From assembly GCA_965206845.1 (NCBI GenBank), contig OZ242221.1:1536001-1600000 (forward strand): a DNA stretch of 64,000 nucleotides. The letters are read 5' to 3'. The notes under the pieces are model-generated. The model searched no databases. It had not been told where the DNA came from and saw only the letters and a list, made by a program, of their open reading frames with translations. Shown here one piece after another: positions 1 through 8,261 of this stretch (position 1 is its first letter; the number at the start of each line of letters is the position of its first letter). The translations under genes were made by a program, and so were the position numbers. The DNA is from Cenarchaeum sp. (GTDB taxonomy: Archaea > Thermoproteota > Nitrososphaeria > Nitrososphaerales > Nitrosopumilaceae).

Positions 1-3000
1 ACGGTCGACTGGGGAGACGGCAGCACCACCACGCATACGGGGGATGCCACGCACGTGTACGGTGTCGCCGGAACCTACACTGTTCAGATATCCGGCGACT
101 TTACCAGAATCTATCTGGGCGGCGGCGAGGCCAACGCGCAAAAGCTGCAGTCGATAGAGCAATGGGGGGACGTCGGATGGGATTCAATGATGTCGGCATT
201 TTATGGAGCGACAAACATGGTATACAACGCAACGGATGCCCCGGACTTATCCGGCGTGACCAGCATGGCAGACATGTTCCACAACGCCGCCCTCTTTGAC
301 GGCGACATCTCCGGCTGGGACGTCTCGTCGGCGACTGACATGGGCAGCATGTTCTTCAACGCCCGCTCCTTCAACCAGCCCCTCAACGGATGGAACGTCT
401 CATCCGTGGAAGACATGTCTTTTATGTTCAGCGGAGCCACCTACTTTGACCAGCCCCTCAACGGATGGAACGTCTCATCCGTGGAAGACATGTCTTTTAT
501 GTTCAGCGGAGCCACCTACTTTGACCAGCCCCTCAACGGATGGAACGTCTCATCCGTGGAAGACATGTCTTTTATGTTCAGCAGTACCTCTTTCTTTAAC
601 CAGCCTCTTGACTCCTGGGACGTCTCGTCGGTGGCCGACATGAACAGAATGTTCGCCGGCGCCACCGCCTTCAACGGCGACATCTCAAACTGGAATGTTT
701 CGTCTGTCACCGACATGAGCGGGATGCTGTCTCGGGCTTATGCCTTTGATCAGAATTTAGGTGACTGGTACATCGTCTTGGATGATGCGGCTATCGATTA
801 CGGTGACGCGCCAGGGGTCGTCGGAAGTATATCTGCACAAAACCAGGCTCTCAACTATCAGAGTCCTGCATATCGTCTGGGATCGGGCGGCGACTCTGAC
901 TTTTTTGAGATGGATGGCGCCCGTCTCAAAATGAAGGGCACTCCTGCGAAAGGCTCGTATTTTGTAACTCTGACTGCCACCGGCGACTTTGGCAGATCCA
1001 ATTCAAAGGTGGTGGAAGTTACAGTTACCGGAGTCCCTGCAGGTGTTGATGCCGTTCCCATAGTAGTCAGATCCACGACTGCAGACTACTTTGTGCTATA
1101 TGTGCGGCACGCTCTGGATCCGGACACGACGGTGGAGATGCCTGTCTTGGCGGTTCTTGGTGAAAACGGCACGACGGCACTTGCCGAGAGCGTGGAGGCG
1201 CTTTCCAAGGAGCGCTACCGGGTGGAGAAATACCTAGTCGCCGACCCTGCCGACGTTGACGGCGACGGCATCGACGATGTCACAGAACTCTCAGATCCGG
1301 TGGGCATGAACCCTGTGAACCCGGTCACCGCGTTAGATCCCGGCGACGGTGCCGTGTCTATTCCTGACTGGGACACATTCAAGGCGTTATCCTTTGACAT
1401 TCTTGGGATGAATTTTACGACCGTCAAGTTCGTCATACTCCACGCGGATACCGCCCTCCCGCATGTCTACTTTATGAACGGCACAAAGTATCCGGCGCAT
1501 TCTATCTTTCTGGATGTCCTAGGCGTCACGTCGTACTACGATGATTACATAACCGGTTCGATTACCTATGACCCGGAAATCGTTGCCCCCGATGGCAGCC
1601 TAGGAGTCTACCATTACGAGTTATCCTGGTGGACCACTGATACTCCGTTCAACCTGGTGGATCGCACTTATACCCTGCTTGCCGCAAACATGCCCCTGCT
1701 TGAGGACAACTTGGCCTTGCATGTGAGCAACCGTGAACTTCCGCTTTTCCAGTCCGACTTGCCATTATATGCAGCATCCCGCGTCAACCTCGTATTCGAC
1801 GACGACATACTCCCCGAAACCGACTTCCTTGCGTTGAATCCTGGAGAAGGGTACGGCATGCTGCAGACCATGGAACCAGACGAGCGCCCCAACCCCCGTG
1901 ACGTGGTAATCTACGAGGCGCTGCCCAACGAGCTGCCCCGCGTCGCCGGCATCATCAGCACCGTGCCTCAAACGCCGCTCTCGCATGTCAATCTGCGCGC
2001 CGTTCAAGACAGCGTGCCCAACGCCTTCATCCGCGACGTCCTAGAAGACGCCGGCATCGACGATCTTATCGGCAGCTACGTCTACTACAACGTGACCGAG
2101 GACGGATGGGACCTGCGCGCAGCCACCCGCGCAGAAGTCGATGCCCACTACGGTCATTCTCGGCCTACCGGGGAACAGGTGCCGCAACGGGATCTCTCGG
2201 TAACGTCGATCACCCCCCTCAGTGATGTTGGCTTTGAGGACTGGGAGGCGTTCGGCGTCAAGGCGGCGAATGTGGCCGTGCTGGGAAAGATGGGTTTCCC
2301 TGAAGGGACCGTCCCGGACGGGTTCGCGGTGCCGTTTTATTTCTACGACGAGTTCATGAAGGCCAACGGGCTCTACGCCCGCATCGATGCCATGCTGGCC
2401 GACCCTGCCTTACAGACTGACTTCGATGTCCAGGAGGACGAGCTCAAGAAGCTGCGCAAGGCGATAAAGAAGGCAGAGACACCCGCGTGGATAATCACGG
2501 AGCTAGAGGAGATGCACGGGGAGTTTTCCAATGGGATCTCCCTGCGCTACAGGTCCAGCACCAACAACGAGGATCTCCCCGGTTTCAACGGCGCGGGACT
2601 GTACGACTCCAAGACCCAGGATCCAGAGGAGACCGAGGAGGACGGCATCGACAAGTCCCTCAAGTCGGTGTACGCCAGTCTGTGGAACTTTCGCGCCTTC
2701 ACCGAACGCGACTTCCATCGTATCAATCACACGGAGGCCGCGATGGGAATCCTGGTGCACCCCAACTATTCCGACGAACTAGCTAACGGCGTGGCCGTCA
2801 GCTTTGATCCAGTCCGTGACAGCGACGGGAATTACTACGTCAATACCCAGATCGGCGAGGATCTGGTCACCAATCCCGAGGTATACTCGATACCGGAGGA
2901 AATACTGTTGGACCGGTACGCCGATCAGTACACCGTCCTTGCCACCTCCAACCAGGTGCCGCCGGGGCAACTTCTCATGAGCGACGACCAGCTGTATCAG

Positions 3001-6000
3001 TTACGCCTGCACCTTGCCACGATCCATGAGGAGTTTGCAGATCTGTACGGTGTCGGGCCCGGCGAGCGGTTTGCCATGGAGATCGAGTTTAAGATCACCA
3101 GCGAGGACATTCTTGCGATCAAGCAGGCCCGACCATGGATCTTCAACTCCGAGCGATCCCATGTGATAGACGGTACCCCGCCGGTCTTCAGCTCCGCCAC
3201 GTACGACAAAGGCACAGGCGTCCTTGCGATAACCCTCAGCGAGGACATATCCGGGACGGCAGATCTTGCCAAGTTGCATGTACGTGAATCCGGCCAACCC
3301 TCCAGCGGCACTGCCCTGACAGGTGCCACCCAATCCATCGTAGGCTACACCATCATCATAACACTCACAGACTCCCAGAGGACGGCGGTCAACGACATGA
3401 CGGCGCCCACGCTGGACATAGACGCGGGTGCCGTCTCAGACGGAATCGACCACATACTGGTCACCCGGGATCGGGCAATCACCATTGTCAACAGCGATCC
3501 CGTTGTCGACGCCGGCCCAGACCAGACCGTGGACGAGGGATACTTGGTAACACTCAACGCCACTGTCACCGATGCCGACGGCGACAACATGACCTACTCG
3601 TGGACGCACGACTCGCCTTTGGCCATCCAGCTGGCCAACCCTGCCTCGCCGTCCACCACCTTTGCCGCTCCGGCAGTCGACGCGGACACGGAAATAACAT
3701 TCACGCTGACTGCCGATGACGGAACCGTCACTGCCTCAGACTCGCTTGCAGTTACCGTCACCGACGTGCCAACTGTCAACAGCCCGCCTGTCGCCGATGC
3801 CGGCCCAGACCAGACCGTGGACGAGGGATACTTGGTAACACTCAACGCCACTGTCACCGATGCCGACGGCGACAACATGACCTACTCGTGGACGCACGAC
3901 TCGCCTTTGGCCATCCAGCTGGCCAACCCTGCCTCGCCGTCCACCACCTTTGCCGCTCCGGCAGTCGACGCGGACACGGAAATAACATTCACGCTGACTG
4001 CCGATGACGGAACCGTCACTGCCTCAGACTCGCTTGCAGTTACCGTCACCGACGTGCCAACTGTCAACAGCCCGCCTGTCGCCGATGCCGGCCCGGACAA
4101 GACCGTCCAAGAGGGCCAGGCAGTCACGCTCAACGGAACCGCCACCGATACCGACGGTGACGGTCTGACGTACGCGTGGAGCCACGACTCGTCCACGGAA
4201 ATAACATTCAACGCCTCCTCGCCGGTTGCCACGTTTGCAGCGCCGCCGGTGGATGCCGACACGACAGTCACCTTCACGCTGGCAGTCTCCGACGGCTCGG
4301 CCAATTCCACCGACGCCGTTCTTGTCACCGTGATCGACGTGCCGGACGACTCGGACTTTGTCACGACGTGGGAGACTGCTGCACCGGGTGAGTCCATAAC
4401 GATCCCGGCCCGCGGCACGTACACGATATCATGGGGCGACGGAACGGTGGACGCGGGAGTCACGGGCGACCAGACCCACGCGTACGACGTCCCCGGGAAC
4501 CACACGATCCGCATATCCAAGGGCATCACTGGAATCAACCTGGGCAACCATGCCGACGCGCCCAAGCTGAGATCGATAGACCAGTGGGGCGACGCCAAGT
4601 GGAGTACGATGTATTCCGCATTCAGGGACGCCTCAAGCATGACATTGCGCGCGGCTGACGCGCCGGACCTCTCCCGTGTCAAGTACACCCAGTACATGTT
4701 CTTGAACGCCAGCTCCTTTGACGGCGACCTCTCCGCGTGGGACGTCTCGCATGTCACCAACATGGTGGGAATGTTCTGGGAGGCCAGCTCCTTTGACGGC
4801 GACCTCTCTGCGTGGGACGTCTCGAGCGTGACTGACATGTTTACCATGTTCTACAATGCCCGCTCCTTTGACGGGAACATATCCGCGTGGGACGTCTCGT
4901 CCGTAAGAAACATGGCCAACATGTTCCACGGCGCCTCGTCATTTGACGGCGACCTCTCCGCGTGGGATGTCTCGTCGGTGACTGACACGTATGCCATGTT
5001 TTTGGCCGCGTCCTCCTTTGACGGCGACCTCTCCGGCTGGGACGTCTCGCGCGTGACTGACATGGCCGACATGTTCCGCTCTGCCTCGTCATTTGACGGC
5101 GACGTCTCCGGCTGGGACGTCTCGCGCGCGACCCGCATGAGTACCATGTTCTACCTCGCCGACTCGTTTGACCAGAACCTGGGGGAATGGTACATCGTGC
5201 TCGACGATGCCGCCATTGACCACAGCAGCGTCCCAAGGGAGGTGGGCAGGATCGCCGCACAGAACAGGTTCCTGGATGGCCATAACCCGGCATACGGCAT
5301 AGGCTCCGGGGGCGATTCGGCCCACTTCGAGATCGACGGCAGCATCCTCAAGATGAAGTCGGTGCCTGACGGGCACGCCGGCCCGTACTCGGTCACCGTA
5401 ACTTCCACCGGAGCATACGGCTCGGAAAACTCCCGCACCTTTGACATATCCGTGACGGAAGGGGACGCCAACACGCCACCGGTGGCGTCGTCTGGCCCAC
5501 GCGGCGTGGACGGGTTCACCCTGACCAGCACCCAGCCCGGAACGATCGAGGTAACTTGGGATGCCCCCGGCGAGGCGCCCAGAGACTACCGCGTGGCGTG
5601 GGCCAAAGTAGGTGAGAACTTTTTGTCGCGTAGTGACCTGACAGGCAACGCTTTTCCCACGTCCCCCAACCACACCATCACGGGTCTCGAGGGCGGAGAG
5701 TACCAGGCGAAGGTGCGCGCCCGGTACAACAGCGGCGGAGCGGGGAACTGGAGCGAGGTGGCCACCGTCACGGTTTTGGCGCCGCCCGACCCGCGCGGGA
5801 TAGGCGAGATCAACCTGACCAGCGCCCAGCCCGGTACGATCCAGGTCTCCTGGGAGGCGCCCGGCGAGGCGCCTAGGGACTACCGCGTAGCGTGGGCCGA
5901 GGTGGGCGAGAGCTTCCTGGGGCGGAGTAACTTGGACGGCAACGCTTTTCCCACCTCACCCAACCACACCATCACGGGTCTCGAGGAGGGCGAGGAGTAC

Positions 6001-6084
6001 AAGGTGAAGGTGCGCGCCCGTTACAGTGATAACGGCCCGGGTGACTGGAGCGACGAGGTCACTATCACCGTCGCGAGATCCTAG
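1..6084 (+). CDS. Giant mosaic surface protein, 5' end outside the window: DUF285/BspA-like repeats, PEP-utiliser/dikinase module, PKD-like repeats, second DUF285 block, two FN3 domains
   Basis: Frame is open from base 1 (TVDWGDGS). It has WDVSSVTDMxxMF repeats, LSHVNLRA, GVKAANVA, RSSTNNEDLPGFNGAGLY and KQARPW motifs, DAGPDQTV PKD starts and FN3-type WxAP..Y.V.W..Y.VKVRARY motifs. Confidence 0.85.
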   Translation, partial: TVDWGDGSTTTHTGDATHVYGVAGTYTVQISGDFTRIYLGGGEANAQKLQSIEQWGDVGWDSMMSAFYGATNMVYNATDAPDLSGVTSMADMFHNAALFDGDISGWDVSSATDMGSMFFNARSFNQPLNGWNVSSVEDMSFMFSGATYFDQPLNGWNVSSVEDMSFMFSGATYFDQPLNGWNVSSVEDMSFMFSSTSFFNQPLDSWDVSSVADMNRMFAGATAFNGDISNWNVSSVTDMSGMLSRAYAFDQNLGDWYIVLDDAAIDYGDAPGVVGSISAQNQALNYQSPAYRLGSGGDSDFFEMDGARLKMKGTPAKGSYFVTLTATGDFGRSNSKVVEVTVTGVPAGVDAVPIVVRSTTADYFVLYVRHALDPDTTVEMPVLAVLGENGTTALAESVEALSKERYRVEKYLVADPADVDGDGIDDVTELSDPVGMNPVNPVTALDPGDGAVSIPDWDTFKALSFDILGMNFTTVKFVILHADTALPHVYFMNGTKYPAHSIFLDVLGVTSYYDDYITGSITYDPEIVAPDGSLGVYHYELSWWTTDTPFNLVDRTYTLLAANMPLLEDNLALHVSNRELPLFQSDLPLYAASRVNLVFDDDILPETDFLALNPGEGYGMLQTMEPDERPNPRDVVIYEALPNELPRVAGIISTVPQTPLSHVNLRAVQDSVPNAFIRDVLEDAGIDDLIGSYVYYNVTEDGWDLRAATRAEVDAHYGHSRPTGEQVPQRDLSVTSITPLSDVGFEDWEAFGVKAANVAVLGKMGFPEGTVPDGFAVPFYFYDEFMKANGLYARIDAMLADPALQTDFDVQEDELKKLRKAIKKAETPAWIITELEEMHGEFSNGISLRYRSSTNNEDLPGFNGAGLYDSKTQDPEETEEDGIDKSLKSVYASLWNFRAFTERDFHRINHTEAAMGILVHPNYSDELANGVAVSFDPVRDSDGNYYVNTQIGEDLVTNPEVYSIPEEILLDRYADQYTVLATSNQVPPGQLLMSDDQLYQLRLHLATIHEEFADLYGVGPGERFAMEIEFKITSEDILAIKQARPWIFNSERSHVIDGTPPVFSSATYDKGTGVLAITLSEDISGTADLAKLHVRESGQPSSGTALTGATQSIVGYTIIITLTDSQRTAVNDMTAPTLDIDAGAVSDGIDHILVTRDRAITIVNSDPVVDAGPDQTVDEGYLVTLNATVTDADGDNMTYSWTHDSPLAIQLANPASPSTTFAAPAVDADTEITFTLTADDGTVTASDSLAVTVTDVPTVNSPPVADAGPDQTVDEGYLVTLNATVTDADGDNMTYSWTHDSPLAIQLANPASPSTTFAAPAVDADTEITFTLTADDGTVTASDSLAVTVTDVPTVNSPPVADAGPDKTVQEGQAVTLNGTATDTDGDGLTYAWSHDSSTEITFNASSPVATFAAPPVDADTTVTFTLAVSDGSANSTDAVLVTVIDVPDDSDFVTTWETAAPGESITIPARGTYTISWGDGTVDAGVTGDQTHAYDVPGNHTIRISKGITGINLGNHADAPKLRSIDQWGDAKWSTMYSAFRDASSMTLRAADAPDLSRVKYTQYMFLNASSFDGDLSAWDVSHVTNMVGMFWEASSFDGDLSAWDVSSVTDMFTMFYNARSFDGNISAWDVSSVRNMANMFHGASSFDGDLSAWDVSSVTDTYAMFLAASSFDGDLSGWDVSRVTDMADMFRSASSFDGDVSGWDVSRATRMSTMFYLADSFDQNLGEWYIVLDDAAIDHSSVPREVGRIAAQNRFLDGHNPAYGIGSGGDSAHFEIDGSILKMKSVPDGHAGPYSVTVTSTGAYGSENSRTFDISVTEGDANTPPVASSGPRGVDGFTLTSTQPGTIEVTWDAPGEAPRDYRVAWAKVGENFLSRSDLTGNAFPTSPNHTITGLEGGEYQAKVRARYNSGGAGNWSEVATVTVLAPPDPRGIGEINLTSAQPGTIQVSWEAPGEAPRDYRVAWAEVGESFLGRSNLDGNAFPTSPNHTITGLEEGEEYKVKVRARYSDNGPGDWSDEVTITVARS
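374..582 (+). repeat. Near-perfect 66-bp tandem repeats encoding 22-aa DUF285 units
   Basis: accagcccctcaacggatggaacgtctcatccgtggaagacatgtcttttatgttcagc occurs three times in tandem. Confidence 0.9.
3510..4086 (+). repeat. 288-bp tandem duplication of a PKD-like domain
   Basis: Two essentially identical 96-aa units (AGPDQTVDEGYLVTLNAT...DVPTVNSPPVAD) offset by 288 bp. A near-identical copy occurs near 14,715-15,000. Confidence 0.9.
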
Positions 6085-6324
6085 CTATGCCACGGGGATA
6101 AAGTCCGTGCATGTTTTGCCGAACTGCAGTATATGGAAATTATGTCTGCTAGTCATTGGAGTCCACCTCCGCCCATTTTGGGTTCTTTTCCCTGATCGCT
6201 TCTGTCGCCTTTTTGGCAATTAATTCCCAAGGAACCTTACGGCTGTGTCCTACGGGCATATATGAACTGGAATTGACTCTGTAGATTTGATTCATTTGGA
6301 AAAACATCCTCGTCGTAGTCGTGG

Positions 6325-6445
6325 CAGTGGATCGACCCCTTGATAACCATGTGCTCCGCGCACTTTCATTTGAATGGGGCAATCCGAGCTGCTGTGTTCC
6401 TGTGCTTCGCGCACTGATAGGTGATTGCAGCTTCCGATCCATCGA
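6325..6445 (+). ncRNA. Candidate bridge/seek RNA of the IS110 element
   Basis: Outer stem TGGATCG/CGATCCA encloses two internal loops, each with a GTGCTyCGCGCAC hairpin. The loop strands match the element junction sequences. The transcribed strand is assumed. Confidence 0.55.
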
Positions 6446-6474
6446 AAACAATCCGCAAGGAGATGAGAGAAAGG

Positions 6475-7554
6475 ATGAGGAACATAGGAATAGACATTGG
6501 TAAGGGAAAATGCATAGTATGCGTAGTGGACGGCAAGGGAAACGTGCTGGAGAGGGCATCATACAAGAACACGCTGGAAGACGCAAAAGAGTTTGCACGC
6601 AGGATGAAAAAAGAATACGGCGGGAAAGGACGGTGCAGGGCCGCGTGCGAGTCGACTGGAAACATGTGGCTCAAGACATTTGAGGCCTTCGAGGGGTGCG
6701 AGATACCGGTAAAGCTTGCCAACACGTACAAGATGAAGATAATATCGGACACCGACGTCAAGACGGATCCCATCGACGCGCAAAAGATTGCAAACGCGCT
6801 GCGCGTGGGGATTATCCCAGAATGCTACGTGGCACCATCGGATTTGCGCGATGTCAGGGAACTGCTCAGGTACAGGATAAGCATGGTTCAGGCAAGGACT
6901 GCCCTGATCAACTACACGCACGGCCTGCTTGACAAGTACGACGTGATGCCAGATGTCTCAAGGATGCACAGCAAAAAGGCCATCAGGCTGCTTTCGCAGA
7001 TACGCCTTAAGAAACCAAATGACAACATGATCCTGCAAAACTGCGTCAAAAGGATTGCACATGCCACAGAGGAGATATCTGGCATCGAGGCAGAGATAGA
7101 CAGGCAGGCCGCAGTCAACGAGGATGCGAAACTGCTGATGAGCATGACTGGCATAGAGGCGTTTGCCGCGATGCTGCTGGTATCTGCGATTGACGGCATC
7201 ACCAGGTTCAAGACCGCAGACAGACTGGTCTCATGGACCGTGATGTGTCCGCGAGTCTACCAGTCCGGCAACGTGACGCACCACGGCCGCATGAAAAAGG
7301 CGTCAAACCGAAGGGTAAACTGGATAATGATCCAAGCAGCCAACGTGGCAGTGCGCCATGATGACAGACTAAAGTGGTTCTATCAAAATGCCAAGACAAG
7401 GCACGGTGGCAACCACCCGATTGCCATAACACACGTGGCAAACAAGATGGTGAGGATCATCTGGAAGATGCTGACTGCCAAGGAACCGTACGAGTCCCAT
7501 GACGCAAGCAGATATGCCAAAAAGATGAAAAGAATGAAGAAGATTCTGCAGTAG
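6475..7554 (+). CDS. IS110-family transposase/recombinase (DEDD RuvC-like domain + Tnp20 domain)
   Basis: GIDIGK, CESTG and KTDPIDA give the DEDD residues. YQSG carries the catalytic Ser. C-terminal HVANKMVRIIWKML. Likely start is MRNIGID at 6475. Confidence 0.95.
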   Translation: MRNIGIDIGKGKCIVCVVDGKGNVLERASYKNTLEDAKEFARRMKKEYGGKGRCRAACESTGNMWLKTFEAFEGCEIPVKLANTYKMKIISDTDVKTDPIDAQKIANALRVGIIPECYVAPSDLRDVRELLRYRISMVQARTALINYTHGLLDKYDVMPDVSRMHSKKAIRLLSQIRLKKPNDNMILQNCVKRIAHATEEISGIEAEIDRQAAVNEDAKLLMSMTGIEAFAAMLLVSAIDGITRFKTADRLVSWTVMCPRVYQSGNVTHHGRMKKASNRRVNWIMIQAANVAVRHDDRLKWFYQNAKTRHGGNHPIAITHVANKMVRIIWKMLTAKEPYESHDASRYAKKMKRMKKILQ

Positions 7555-8044
7555 GTGCACGGGGCGGACTGGCCAGCTAGGCTGGCCCGCACCAGTACAT
7601 TTTCTGCAATCCAATTCCTAGCGATAGCTTTAAAGTTGTACGCGCGTAACCTAGGCGTGGATCAGAAGTCAGACGGAATCAACGCTTGACTATGACCGGA
7701 TGTTTTAACATAGGTGGTTATGTCTGTAGGACACAGCCGAACCTTACAGTTTGCATATATTGATGAAGGCAGCCCAAGGCTGAACGGTGCAAGCCAGACC
7801 GGGGAAAGGTCCAAAATAAACCGCACATACTATGTGGATTCCGACAGACCCGTTAAACAGTGTACAAAATGCCGCATTCACGCCGGAATGCCCGCACCAT
7901 GGCAGCGTCACGGACGCTGGACGTCTCTGCCCGACCCGACACACATGGCATCTGGCATGCATCTCAGGTTCCAGGCACGGATCTGGTCTCACATGACGGC
8001 CCGCAGAGCACTGAACCCGTGTGATAATGGCATTACAAGCGATC

Positions 8045-8125
8045 GGCTGTGTCCTAAAGGAATATGCCCGTTTGGATGGTGGCTTCTGGATGGCCATTTT
8101 GGATATTTGCTTGTAGGGCACAGCC
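8045..8125. mobile_element. 81-bp MITE with GGCTGTGTCCTA-type ends
   Basis: GGCTGTGTCCTA at 8045 and TAGGGCACAGCC ending at 8125 (one mismatch). No TSD is visible. Confidence 0.65.
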
Positions 8126-8127
8126 AT

Positions 8128-8235
8128 TTTTTAGCTACTGTCCATATTGTCTAATTTGTAAATCTTTTTAGCTAATGCTTATATTGTCTAATTTGTAAAT
8201 CTCTTTAGCGTATGATGCGTATTGCTCGATTTGTA
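8128..8235 (+). repeat. AT-rich 37-bp tandem repeat (two good copies, one degenerate) upstream of the surface-protein gene
   Basis: tttttagctactgtccatattgtctaatttgtaaatc / tttttagctaatgcttatattgtctaatttgtaaatc / tctttagcgtatgatgcgtattgctcgatttgta. Confidence 0.8.
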
Positions 8236-8261
8236 CCGCCCGGAGATGCCGTGGGTGCCAT

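Larger units (their letters stand above)
6293..7711 (+). mobile_element. IS110-family element, IS1111-like with subterminal inverted repeats
   Basis: Subterminal IRs AAAACATCCTCGTCGTAGTC (6301-6320) and GACTATGACCGGATGTTTT (7688-7706). CAT occurs at both inferred junctions (6293-6295, 7709-7711). The boundaries are inferred. Confidence 0.7.
6241..7738. mobile_element. MITE with IS5/IS903-like ends and a 9-bp TSD, carrying an inserted IS110 element
   Basis: TIR GGCTGTGTCCTAC starts at 6241 and GTAGGACACAGCC ends at 7738. Flanking direct repeat GAACCTTAC is at 6232-6240 and 7739-7747. Confidence 0.85.

Noticed and set aside
8128-8235. Possible mini-CRISPR array
   Set aside because: The repeats are contiguous with no unique spacers, and no cas genes are in the window.
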